Shown here one piece after another: positions 29,360 to 39,775 of a stretch of DNA of 64,000 nucleotides. The position numbers were made by a program, and so were the translations under genes. Below the pieces are notes generated by a model. That model did not search any database. It had not been told where the DNA came from and was given only the letters and a program-made list of their open reading frames with translations. The first letter of the stretch is position 1, and each line of letters begins with the position of its first letter. This DNA comes from Candidatus Bathyarchaeota archaeon (GTDB taxonomy: Archaea; Thermoproteota; Bathyarchaeia; Bathyarchaeales; Bathycorpusculaceae). The stretch lies in contig OY969706.1 of the NCBI GenBank assembly GCA_963702095.1, forward strand, positions 1,760,001 to 1,824,000, given 5' to 3'.

Positions 29360-30706
29360 TTATAGGTCGATTCTTGCGTTGAGCATCTCAAGGAACGCTT
29401 CCACACGAGTCTTCATTTGCCCAACGTCTTCACGTGTGTATTCCGTATCCAAATAGTAAACAGGCACATTAATTTTGTCCAAAGCCTTCTTCACACGGGT
29501 GTATTCCATGGCGTAGAGCATGCAGCCTCGGACCACATAGTAGATGACGCCTTGTATTTTCCATTCTTTGACTTTGTTGAGGAGCCAGTTGATGCGGTCT
29601 TGGTTGCCGTCTTGGCTGGTAAAACATGGGCACGTCGAAGCCATCAAGTAGCGGTCGCTTATCGCTTTTAACATGTCATCCATAGACCATTCATCGATGC
29701 CTATGGGATCGTTTAAGATGCGTTCGCCACTGCACTGTTCGTCAGCGACGATGATGCCAGGCGGATTGCCCTCTTCAACCAGTGTAGGCAGCTTCCAATT
29801 GTCAGGCCAAAACATCGGCGTCCCCGTAACCATAACCCGAGGCGTATCGGGAGAAACCACCCAGTCCTTGTTTGCCACCCGCTTGTCAAGTTCGTCGCAG
29901 AGAGCTTCGGTTTTTTCTGTCCACCGTTTCTTATCATCCCAGCTGTAGGCTTGGTTAACAAGCATAGCGTCTCTGCCCATGATGACTGAGTTGCCTTTGC
30001 GCAAGTCCTGTAGCCGCCGGAAAGCTTTGGTTGCACGGTGACTGGTTTCGATGGCTTCTTTGAGGCTTTTACGGTCAATCTTGTTGCCGGTGAACTTTTC
30101 AATCTGGGTTTTCATTTGCCTGATTTCGTCGCTCCAGAAGCGCAGGGAATGCTCGGAGTCTTTTATGCGGGGAACATTCATGCCCCAAACCTGTTTTTGG
30201 TCGCTTAAAATTTCGCTGAGTTTAGTCATGCCATCGCAGGTTAAAACGCTGATTAAGGCGTCGCTTTGTTCGAGGAAGGGGGAGAGCTCAATCATTTTGG
30301 CGCCGATGGTTGAGCGGATGACTGGGCAAACCTCCACTGGCACCACGCGGTCACCCAACTTGCTGGTGTCGTACCAGCCTGAGTTAACGCGCACTGGGAT
30401 AGCATCTGCAGCCGAAATCAGCTCTGTGGGGGCAAAGAGGCACATGTAACCGATGACTTTTTTGCCCTTGGCTTTTTCAGCTTGGATTTCTTTTTGGCGT
30501 TGACCAAACAAGTCGGCGATGTTGTCGAAGTACTTCATGGCTTCGGGGCGGTGGGGGTCAGCTTTCTTCATGCGTTCGATGTTGTCAGCTATAATTTTTT
30601 GTGAAGCGGCTTTCACGGTGTTTCTTAGTTCTTCACTTTCTTTTTGAGATACTTCAGGCATGTATTTTCTTTCATTGGTTTGACTTTTCATTTTTTTCTT
30701 CCTCAT
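29360..30706 (-). CDS. 2-hydroxyacyl-CoA dehydratase family protein with double-cubane-type Cys pattern
   Basis: CLFAP, CPVIRS, TCDG, EQCSG, CPCF and GCMLY motifs; C-terminal QMKTRVEAFLE. Confidence 0.82.
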   Translation of the reverse strand: MRKKKMKSQTNERKYMPEVSQKESEELRNTVKAASQKIIADNIERMKKADPHRPEAMKYFDNIADLFGQRQKEIQAEKAKGKKVIGYMCLFAPTELISAADAIPVRVNSGWYDTSKLGDRVVPVEVCPVIRSTIGAKMIELSPFLEQSDALISVLTCDGMTKLSEILSDQKQVWGMNVPRIKDSEHSLRFWSDEIRQMKTQIEKFTGNKIDRKSLKEAIETSHRATKAFRRLQDLRKGNSVIMGRDAMLVNQAYSWDDKKRWTEKTEALCDELDKRVANKDWVVSPDTPRVMVTGTPMFWPDNWKLPTLVEEGNPPGIIVADEQCSGERILNDPIGIDEWSMDDMLKAISDRYLMASTCPCFTSQDGNQDRINWLLNKVKEWKIQGVIYYVVRGCMLYAMEYTRVKKALDKINVPVYYLDTEYTREDVGQMKTRVEAFLEMLNARIDL

Positions 30707-31686
30707 TCACTACTTGATGGTTCTAACCAGTTTCTCGACCTAAACAGGGTCTTACTACCCAACTTTAACTTGAGTGTATCCTCATAGGGACACATTTCTA
30801 CGCATCTTGTACACAGCATACATTGTGAGGTCCCGATTTTTCCGCCTTTCTGCTCGTATACCTCGTTGACTTGGACGGGGCAGACTCTTTTGCAGACGCC
30901 GCATTTGGTGCATTTCTCCTCGTCTTTCTCTATGTAGAGCGGGGGGAGGGCTTTGAAGCCTTTGAATTGGTTGAGGGCTCCAAAAGAGGCGCCTGCGGGG
31001 CAGAAGCGGCACCAGATTCGGCGGACAAAGAAGGCGCCTACCAACGTGACCGCGACGAATGCGATGGCTAAGATTTGTCCGAGGTTGGCTCCGACGAAGG
31101 CTATTATGTCTGCGGCGTAGGGGTAGCTTAAGTTGACGTTTGCTACAACCAACTGGCCGGTCCATGGAACAACAAACGGAATCAAAGGGTCTATGATGAC
31201 GCTGTAGGGGCGGAAGGGACCTGCCAAGAGTTGCCCCATCATGACTGCGAAGTTGATGTTCTGCGGCGGACTTAGAAGCCACAGCGGTATGGGCAGGAGC
31301 AGGAAAACAGCCAGGATGACGTATCTGCCTTTGTGGAGGGCTATGTTTAGTTTGTCGGGGACAAGGCGGTACCGAATTTTAAGTGCCCGTCTGAGGTAAC
31401 TTTCAACGTCCATGATGAAGGCGAAGGGGCATACCCAGCCACAGAAGAATCTGCCGATGAAGAGTGTTGCGACGAACCAGCCGATTAGGACGTATAGAAG
31501 CGGTACGGCTGGGTCTTCTAAGGAGAAAATGTAGAAAAGCGTTACAAGAGAAACAAGCTGCACAATTACGCGTAGAAAACTTACGCGGGTAGACTTGTTT
31601 TTTTTCCAAATCAAGATTGCCAGTACGCCTGCTGCGCCGAGCCCGGCTAACACTATCAACCTTAGTACGTCGCCGATTATTTCCAC
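30703..31686 (-). CDS. NapH/MauN-like membrane 4Fe-4S protein
   Basis: GRFFCGWVCP, WCRFCP and two C-terminal CxxCxxCxxxCP motifs. Confidence 0.88.
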   Translation of the reverse strand: MEIIGDVLRLIVLAGLGAAGVLAILIWKKNKSTRVSFLRVIVQLVSLVTLFYIFSLEDPAVPLLYVLIGWFVATLFIGRFFCGWVCPFAFIMDVESYLRRALKIRYRLVPDKLNIALHKGRYVILAVFLLLPIPLWLLSPPQNINFAVMMGQLLAGPFRPYSVIIDPLIPFVVPWTGQLVVANVNLSYPYAADIIAFVGANLGQILAIAFVAVTLVGAFFVRRIWCRFCPAGASFGALNQFKGFKALPPLYIEKDEEKCTKCGVCKRVCPVQVNEVYEQKGGKIGTSQCMLCTRCVEMCPYEDTLKLKLGSKTLFRSRNWLEPSSSE

Positions 31687-31706
31687 TGCTTCTCCATTTC
31701 TCCCTT

Positions 31707-32411
31707 TTAAGTTAACATGAATAAGGAACTAACGATTGTGTAAGCGCCTAACAGTATTAGGATTACTCCGCCGCCGATAGCTAGCCACTTGCGGAACAGC
31801 GGCGCCTTGTTTAGCAGCCACCCCGTAACCCCTGCTAAGAGCAGCATGGGCGAGAGGGCAGTTCCGAGCCCGAACAACACCGCGATTCCGACGCTACCCA
31901 GCGCGTTTGAAAACGGAAGCGAATAAGCCAGTAACGCAATGAGTGGGGGACAGATGATTAATCCACGGGTCAACCCCAGTGAGAACGCCCCAAAATCCAC
32001 GCCGTATCTGCCTGCTTTCCCCGCGGCTACTGCTTTTTGTGCTTGCTGGGTGTTGCAGTTGCATGTGGGGTTTTTGGCTTTGTACATTATCCACACGCCG
32101 ATTATGATGGTAACAATCCCAAAAGCAAATGAAGAGTACATTTGAAACGGGGAGAGCATTGCATCGGACACAAAAAACCGCAGCAACCCGCCGAATAACG
32201 CAATCAACCCACCAATCAAAGCGTAAGCCAAGATACGTCCACCGTTAAAGATCATGGTGAGTTTCACGCTTTTCTTAAAACCTGAACCAACACCCGCAAC
32301 GTAACCCGCCACAATGGGCAAGCATGAGGCAGTGCAAACCGCTAAACCGTAGAGCAAACCGCCGGCTAATGCCCCAAGATACGGATTAGATATTTCAGGT
32401 ATCAACGACAT
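31707..32411 (-). CDS. DsbD_2/TauE-like membrane protein
   Basis: CTASCLP, GRILAY, CPP and FGLGT motifs; about 6 TM segments. Confidence 0.8.
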   Translation of the reverse strand: MSLIPEISNPYLGALAGGLLYGLAVCTASCLPIVAGYVAGVGSGFKKSVKLTMIFNGGRILAYALIGGLIALFGGLLRFFVSDAMLSPFQMYSSFAFGIVTIIIGVWIMYKAKNPTCNCNTQQAQKAVAAGKAGRYGVDFGAFSLGLTRGLIICPPLIALLAYSLPFSNALGSVGIAVLFGLGTALSPMLLLAGVTGWLLNKAPLFRKWLAIGGGVILILLGAYTIVSSLFMLT

Positions 32412-32548
32412 GCAGCAGTTTCCTAAATGGAATTATTAAAGCAAATATAAGGTTAGAACATTTAAAGTTTACACATTTTTGGGTTGAAGCGTTTTCTTTG
32501 CGTTCGTAGAGGATTAAATTCTGTTTTTGGTTGTTGCCGACCTCATCC

Positions 32549-32684
32549 TTGTTTTTTCTAGTGTTAGAAGAAGAGAGTGTCGCCCTTACTCATCATCTTC
32601 CAGTGGGTTTGGCTGTGGCGCCTGTTTTGGCATCTGCGTCTGGTTTGGGTTGCAGGCTGGTTGAGGCGGAGTCCACAAGCAGAC
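32549..32684 (-). repeat. Dispersed element family A, copy A3
   Basis: About 90 nt identical to copy A4 at 51502. Confidence 0.92.
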
Positions 32685-32736
32685 CACACAAAACTGCCGT
32701 TGATCTATTTTAAAGCCCCCATAACACAACCCACAC

Positions 32737-33596
32737 TTAACACAATACCCATTCAGCCCAAAGCCTATCAAAATAGCCGCGGCAAACTGCAACCAAACCC
32801 GTGTGCTTACTCCACAAATCAGGCCCTGTGGTCAAACGAGCAGCCCATCAAAAGTCATAGCCACCTGTGCGCCGTCAAAAACGGCGATGACAGCTGCAGG
32901 CGCATTAGGCATCGTCCGCAGCTCAAAAACCGCGCTATCAAGCGCATTTACCCATTTGGAGACGGAATATCGAGACGGTTTCTCAACAACCACACGCACC
33001 CGCACACCCCGCTTAAGAGCAGCCTTCAGCTCACCCTCAAAATGAAAACACAACTGCCTAAACCGCACCCAACTACAAACCAACTCAACACAACCCTGCG
33101 CCGCCTCCAACGCGGCGGCATATTTTTTGCCCCCTTCCCCCTCGCAGACTGCGCCAAAGCAGGGCAGAAGCGACTCCATCACCGATGGGGCTGGCGGGTT
33201 TTGGCTGAATTTCTCCGTAACATGCTTTGCCTTATGAGAAATCACCATTAACTCGCTAGCTCTAACCGCAAACAACGTCTTTACAGCCTCAGGAAACGGC
33301 ACCGCAACATAACTAACAGGAACCGTCAAATTCTTTTGCACCAGCCCCAACTGCTGCAACTCCAAAAGCAAACGATATGCCTCCTGACGAGCTACGCCTG
33401 CTGCGTTTGCAACAGGTCGCGCCCTAGCATCGTCCGCTTTAAGCAGTGCCAGATAGACACGCGCTTGCCGCTCTGAAAGACCCAGACCAATCAAAACCCC
33501 AACCCCCTCCAAACCAGCACGATTAAACGTTTGAGACAGCTTTCGCGGTTTAACTACGTTTGATTGCAATCTATTTTCACCTATAACAATACTCAA
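32737..33596 (-). CDS. TrmB family regulator (frameshift in a G-run near 32845)
   Basis: LGLSERQARVYLALL HTH; shifted frame supplies the C-terminal LWSKHTGLVAVCRGYFDRLW. Confidence 0.85.
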
Positions 33597-33691
33597 TTAT
33601 TTGAGCATATATAATTTTTCTATCTTTAGCACAAAATAACGAGCATTTATGTTATCTGTGGGTTTAGCTCATAATCAACCAAGGGTTAGAT

Positions 33692-33955
33692 TTGAAGATT
33701 TCACAGATAGTCCAAATACCCAGCGTACGCATAATGCTATGCCTATACGAAAATGGCGACCTAAGACACGCACAACTATCCAAACTAACAACCAGCAGAG
33801 GAACCCTGAGCCTAAGCTTAAGAGAACTCGAACAAGAAGGCTTAATCCAAAGACAACTATTAGACACAAAACCTCTACAAAGCATATACAGCCTAACCGA
33901 AAAAGGAAAAACAATCGCCAAACAACTAAAAGAAATACAACAACTCATCACATAG
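33692..33955 (+). CDS. HxlR-like winged-helix regulator
   Basis: TLSLSLRELEQEGLI..YSLTEKG. Confidence 0.82.
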   Translation: MKISQIVQIPSVRIMLCLYENGDLRHAQLSKLTTSRGTLSLSLRELEQEGLIQRQLLDTKPLQSIYSLTEKGKTIAKQLKEIQQLIT

Positions 33956-34358
33956 GCTTCATGGGGCGGATGTAGTTGTGGCAGATTTGGTAGCCTTAAA
34001 GAATAGCTGTGTATTTTGGTTATGTTGCGAGTTGTTCTTTCTATACAAGTGCTTTTTTGTGTGGGATTTAGGTTTGGTTGTTCAGTGGGTTTTTTATTGT
34101 TAGGTTGGTGTATTTGTTGGGTTACCTTGACCAAAGACATAACTGATTGTGTGTAAGCGGTTATTGTTCTGTTTTATCCCAGATTGACTTCGTTTTTTCA
34201 GGAGACAGTTTTCGGGTTTGCCTGTTCGTTTGTGCTTAGACTTGATTTATCCTTCGCAGTTCTTCAGTTGGGTCACCTTTTTTGTGAGACGCCATACTTC
34301 TCATAGATTTAAGGAAATGTTTGTATTTAAAATTAGTAAAAAAGAAGAAAAAAGAGGT

Positions 34359-36569
34359 TTAGTTGATGATTCTTGTGTTGTATTGTTGCAGGTAGGCTTG
34401 GTATGCTGGGTCGTTGGGGTAGTGTTCGTCGGTGGTGTAGGGGAAGCCGCTCATCGCTTGGAAAGGCATCGGGTCAACGGTGAAGGTGAAGCCGTATCCC
34501 CATTCTCCCGGCGGGTCCTTGAACCAAGAGGCGACGACGAAGAAGTAGTCGCGTACCATGCCGGGTGCGGGTTCGGTGAGGTTTGCGGCTGGGAACAGCA
34601 GGTTAACTTGGTCGCCTTGTCTCCCTACAACGAACATGTCGTCAGCGTCTTGTAGTAGCGGCAGTACGTCTCCGTAGCGTGTGAATGCGCCTGTGGACTG
34701 TGAGGTTGTGTCCCAGAGTTGACTAAGGACTGCGGAGGATGGGCTGATTATTTGTGTGGTTATGTTTGCTTGGTTGGAAGTGTCGATGCCGATGTAGTCG
34801 TAGGTTACGTTCCAGTAGTTGTTGAATCTGATTTGGTAGTCAGTTACGTCTGGCGGGAAGATGCCTGTTATGTTGACCGTGTAGGTTCTAGCTCTGTAGT
34901 CTGATGGTAGGGGTATGTCTTGGTTAACACGTATCCAAGTGCCGTTGGCGGCTTTAACTTCTAAGTAGGGCGCTGGCGAAATCTCAGTGTTACTGGTGAT
35001 CAGGCCTTGGGCTGCAGCGTCTTTGAAGCTGTCAATCCAGTTATAATACGAATCAGCGGGACCCCAGTCAACGATGCCACGGATGACCAACTTTACTTCG
35101 GATGCCCCGGTCAAATTGCCAAGGTCCAGCGTTAACTGGTTTAAGGTAATATTATTCCATATGCTGTCATAACCGTTAACGCCGGGCGTGAACACACCAT
35201 CTATGCTGCTTAGCTGCGGCAAGACGTTTTCGCCTTTCTCGTTGGTAGCGCTGATTGGCGAGGTGGTAGTTTGGTTGGTAACTGTGTAAACTTTGCCGGT
35301 GGAGCCGTCGCTTAGGTAACTGGTCAGTGACATATAGGCGTCGGTGCCAACAGGATGGTCGACGCATAGCAGAGAGGCTTGGTCTAGGTAGAAGAGTTCG
35401 TTCCACTGCTGCGTAAGGGTGAAGCCGTAGTAACCGTCTTTAGTTTTAAGTAAGCTATTGTCTAACTTGACGTAGTCGAAGGGGTTGCCGTCTTTAAACA
35501 CGATGGTTCCAGCAGGGTCTATGTAGCCGATGTAGCCCAGCCAACCCGAATTGGAAACCTCAGTGACATATTGGTAACCGGTGCCGTTCCAAAAGTACAG
35601 CGACGGACAGCATGCATAGCCGCTGATGAGGGTGTAGGTGGCAACCAAAATCGTGCGTTTATCCACGGTAAAGGTATGGGTCGCGCTTGTTGAGCCATCA
35701 CTCCAATACGAGAACGCCAAGACCCCAGTGCCCACGTCAAAGGGGTTAGGGACCGTCACGGAGTATTCCCCCACGGGCACAAGAGCCATGTAGGTGGTTT
35801 CATGGTTTTCGCCATTGAGCGTAAACGGCAAAGCCTTCGAGCCGCCGCCTGATCTGCCGATTGTAAGGGTGTGGTAACCTTCTTTCACGACGGTATAGGT
35901 GCCGCTTAAGGTGTTTAGTTTAACGTTATGTTTGCCCTCGTTTGACGCGGTGAGGTTAAACACTACTTGTTGGCTGGCACCTGCTTCTAACTCTATCATC
36001 TGTGAATCCACAATGTCGCCGTCATCTGTGACAGTGATCATTAACCGGTCAGTTTCTCCGGAAGGATTGAGTGCATCAGCTGTCACCCTAACGGTTTGGT
36101 TAGGCCAAACCTCATATGGGTCGGATTTATAGTTTGAAAGCACGATTTTACTGGATTCCGGTGGAGCAGGCTTAAGGAGGAAGGACCCCTCTAAATCGCC
36201 GATTTTGACGCTGTAGTTGCCGTCTTTCAATTTAAGAACTGTAAAGTCAATGATCTGGGAATCCCTCAAACCCGCTAAAGTAATGTTCTGCGAATCCTCA
36301 ATAGCCCCGTTAATTTCCAAATTCACCGTAGTATTGCCTTCAACATCCCCTTGGTTGGTCACGTTGACAGTGATGTCGATGCTTTGCCCCACAAAAGCTT
36401 CAAGGGGGCTCACCGTCAAATCCGAATAGGTGAAGGTTGCGGGTTTCGCAGCGCCAGTGATTACGCCCTGACTTTGCAGGTAAAAGTAAACTCCTACCGC
36501 TGCACCAACAATCAATAAATCGATAATCAAAATTGCTTTTAGTTTTACTACAGCAGACCGAGACAGCAT
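34359..36569 (-). CDS. Membrane-anchored surface protein with CARDB-like Ig domains
   Basis: N-terminal anchor, VNVTNQGDVEG motif, and a CPSLYFWNGTGY..ELFYLDQ C-terminal domain. Confidence 0.8.
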   Translation of the reverse strand: MLSRSAVVKLKAILIIDLLIVGAAVGVYFYLQSQGVITGAAKPATFTYSDLTVSPLEAFVGQSIDITVNVTNQGDVEGNTTVNLEINGAIEDSQNITLAGLRDSQIIDFTVLKLKDGNYSVKIGDLEGSFLLKPAPPESSKIVLSNYKSDPYEVWPNQTVRVTADALNPSGETDRLMITVTDDGDIVDSQMIELEAGASQQVVFNLTASNEGKHNVKLNTLSGTYTVVKEGYHTLTIGRSGGGSKALPFTLNGENHETTYMALVPVGEYSVTVPNPFDVGTGVLAFSYWSDGSTSATHTFTVDKRTILVATYTLISGYACCPSLYFWNGTGYQYVTEVSNSGWLGYIGYIDPAGTIVFKDGNPFDYVKLDNSLLKTKDGYYGFTLTQQWNELFYLDQASLLCVDHPVGTDAYMSLTSYLSDGSTGKVYTVTNQTTTSPISATNEKGENVLPQLSSIDGVFTPGVNGYDSIWNNITLNQLTLDLGNLTGASEVKLVIRGIVDWGPADSYYNWIDSFKDAAAQGLITSNTEISPAPYLEVKAANGTWIRVNQDIPLPSDYRARTYTVNITGIFPPDVTDYQIRFNNYWNVTYDYIGIDTSNQANITTQIISPSSAVLSQLWDTTSQSTGAFTRYGDVLPLLQDADDMFVVGRQGDQVNLLFPAANLTEPAPGMVRDYFFVVASWFKDPPGEWGYGFTFTVDPMPFQAMSGFPYTTDEHYPNDPAYQAYLQQYNTRIIN

Positions 36570-36759
36570 CCTTTCAACTCACTCAATTACAGTTTATACA
36601 ATGCGAGGTGTACATTAAAACTTTATTGAATACAACATGCAGCGATGTGTGTATTTGGAATTGCAATCCGCATGACTTTTTAATCGATCTCTTAAGGGCT
36701 AAGTGAGCAAAGAAACGGGGAAAGCGGCAAAGTTGGGTGGATCCAGCCAGCCATTATAC

Positions 36760-38224
36760 CTACGTGTACTCAACTCGCCGTAGCTTATTCTTCGCCACCA
36801 CCGCAAACCCCTTGTACAAACCCTTCAGTAGCGAACTGTACCATTTATTTGAAAGAGATGAATCGATCAAGTCATTAACCCATCTGAAGTCGTGTTCAGC
36901 GCATTTAACAAAAAGCTGTTTATGCAGTGGACTTAGTTTTACTTCAGAAAACCAATCTTCTCTGCCCAACTTTCCCAGCGGCACAAAAAACAATGGCACA
37001 ATAAGGCTGCGATAATTTTTTAGATCATCAATTAACTCCATGGTTTTGAGGACGTCAGATTCTTGCTCATCAGGCAACCCAACAATCAACGTACATGCAG
37101 GAACAAGCCGATTGTCATGCATTAAACCCATACCGGCGAAAACCACTTCTCTCCACTGGTTTGGTTTAAACGGATGCGCCTTGGCAGGCATCAGTTTCTC
37201 CACTATCCTCGACGACCCGGTTTCCACTCCTATTTCCGCACCCCAGAAAAGTTGCTTTTGCAGAATAATCTCTGATAACTCTGAGAAAAGTTTTGGATTT
37301 GACGCAACAGCCGCGATTGAACAGTGGCTCCACGCCATGTCTGTGCACTTTTTTGTTACATAATTATGTAGTTCAAGCAGTCTTTCAGAGTTGGGGTATG
37401 TGTTGTTTGACCCGTATAGCATAACATCTTCTGCATGCAGACATGCACCTGTTTCACCTGCAGTCATGTTAACGTTGATTTCACGGTCTATTTTTTCGAT
37501 AGGGTACCATCTTAGTGGTCTTAGGGTTACATTGCAGAATTGGCAGCCTCTACAGCAACCTCTGCCGATTTCAGTTAAACCATTAATTGAACCCCCAACA
37601 ATGTCGGGGATCTCTTCTAAGTGAGGCGTTTCGGCAGCCGCAGCCTCATAATGCGTAGGCAAGTTTTGTCCCCTTAACGCTGCCTCAACAAGTTTACCGA
37701 TGGCTTTTTCCGCTTCACCTTCTACAATGCAATCAACGCCTAAATCTGCCCTGGCTCTCTCGGTAACGGAACTGCCATGCCCCCGGTCCACCAACAACAA
37801 CTTTCAAACCACTTCTTTTCGCCTTTTTAATAGCTGGGTTATTTAGTAAGGACCGGAAATGTTGTGCAAGAAACGGTTCTTTTCGGAAAAAGGAAGCAAA
37901 AGTTGTGGATGCTGGACCTAAACCAAAAGGGTCCATGGCATGTATTCCCAGCACTTTTGCGTCATGTAGAAAACTGCTCAGATAATCTGGGCTCACTACC
38001 TTAACGGTGAAGCCTTCTTTTAGTAACTGGGCTTCTATTTTTCGTAGCCCATAGGGTGCGACAGATAATTCGCCTTTACAGGATTTAAGGGGTGGAAAGA
38101 AAAGGTAGCTGTAGAGCCAGCCCGGGATAATGTTTGGGGGAGCACAAGCGCCAAACCCGGCGAATTCGTTGTTATGGTAATTGCTCATCACGGTTCTGTC
38201 GGCAGTTAAAATTACGTCAACCAT
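36760..38224 (-). CDS. B12-binding-domain radical SAM protein (frameshift near 37757)
   Basis: APYGLRKIEA and VGGPGAWQ in 37733-38224; GEAE, RGCCRGCQFC and GVETGS in 36760-37800. Confidence 0.88.
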
Positions 38225-38532
38225 GTGATTCTCGCCTTAAAATGCACCCAAAATACTGGAAAGAACGTAGTGATAGTCAGTAGTTGGGATGCTTTTAAAA
38301 AACGTGTAACTTTTCAATTAATTTCTTGATATAGCCACTAATAAGACTGTGTGGTTGCATTTGACAGCACCTCCTGCGTATGAAACAAAGAAAAGGACTG
38401 CAAGCGGGATAACGCAGCCGCTAAGGTTAGAGGCTTTCTGTGATTGTGCATGCGCAACTACATAGCCATATATATTTTCATCCGCTCTAAAATGAAACGA
38501 GTAAGCAATACCATTTTTAGGAGAAGGTTCGA

Positions 38533-39294
38533 ATGGTTAAACCCCAAAAACCTTTGGCTACCACTTTGCTATTGTCACTGGTAATATTTGCAGCAATAGG
38601 CTTTGCCAACATAAACACCGAGGCACAGGGCACTGCAACCGTTGCATTCCTAGATTCCATCGGCGGCATCACCGACCCAACAGGAACCCAAACCTACGCC
38701 GACGGCACACCCGTACAAATAACCGCAACCGCAACCGACGCCGGCTACATATTCTCGAACTTTATCATTTTAGGCCCGGGTTCGACAACAACCACTACCA
38801 CAGACAGCACAACTACGCTCACAGTTCAAGGCGGAGAAACCTACGTGGTCCAAGCAGTTTTCACTCCACTACAGGCCCCGCCCGGAAGCAATCTGCCGGT
38901 CGCATCAGAAATGGCTAACGCGGCAATCGTTGTTGTTTTGCCATCTGCTGGAGGAACCACAACTCCAATGCCGGGAACCTACGTTTTAGCAAACGCAACC
39001 TCGCTTAACCTCTCTGCAACAGCCGACAGCGGTTGGACATTCTCACATTGGGTAATCTCAGGCGTAAACGTTACAGAAAGTCACGGTGGATACCCGGTTA
39101 ACTTAGAACCAACTGATAATCCGTACAACGTAAATCATGGCTATGGATCAACTTTTGAGTACCAGGCAGTTTTCACTGAAACCAACGCGCCCTCCCCGTC
39201 TATTCCGGAGTATTCGGTAGCAGTAATAGTGGTTGTAGCATTAGCGTTAATCTTCAGTGCAGTAGCGACGATTGTCTATAAGCGGAAAAAATAA
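38533..39294 (+). CDS. Secreted protein with two InlB-B-like repeats and a PEF-CTERM-like tail
   Basis: Signal peptide; GYIFSNF/GWTFSHW repeats; IPEYS-TM-KRKK C-terminus. Confidence 0.8.
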   Translation: MVKPQKPLATTLLLSLVIFAAIGFANINTEAQGTATVAFLDSIGGITDPTGTQTYADGTPVQITATATDAGYIFSNFIILGPGSTTTTTTDSTTTLTVQGGETYVVQAVFTPLQAPPGSNLPVASEMANAAIVVVLPSAGGTTTPMPGTYVLANATSLNLSATADSGWTFSHWVISGVNVTESHGGYPVNLEPTDNPYNVNHGYGSTFEYQAVFTETNAPSPSIPEYSVAVIVVVALALIFSAVATIVYKRKK

Positions 39295-39775
39295 TTTCCT
39301 CTCTTTTTCTTTTTTCTCAGTTAAGCCTACTCAAATAGAAACTCGCCACTTGTTTTTAGAAGGGTAATAGTTGTTTCTGCGCCAAGGCCCTCTCTGCAGG
39401 GGTTTCTGCATAACAACGATTATACGTGCTCTACAAATTCAACGAGAATGGGTTTGATGAATTCTAATTTAACAAATCCAGAAGTAGCTCTTTTCTGAAT
39501 TTTTTTCTGTTTAGCATTTGGAAAATCAAATTTCGTTATAGTGATTGGTAGATTGCACATACTTGAATTGGGAACCAATTTTGCATTTACGTTTTATGAA
39601 GTTCTAATCCACAATTAACTCTTGGCGTGACCCAAAGAAATGAGGTTCATGACCTATTGCGGCAACTGTCTATGCCAATCGATCTCAACCGCCACTTGTT
39701 TGTTAGTCAAGAAACCTTGATGAAAAACTTTTTATCCGCAGTTTTCTCAACGCCTACTGTAGGAAACGGTAAAGT

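Noticed and set aside
33649-34310. Low-complexity ORFs around the HxlR gene and a short interrupted frame near 34160-34300
   Set aside because: They overlap a better-supported gene or contain an internal stop, and no family was recognised.
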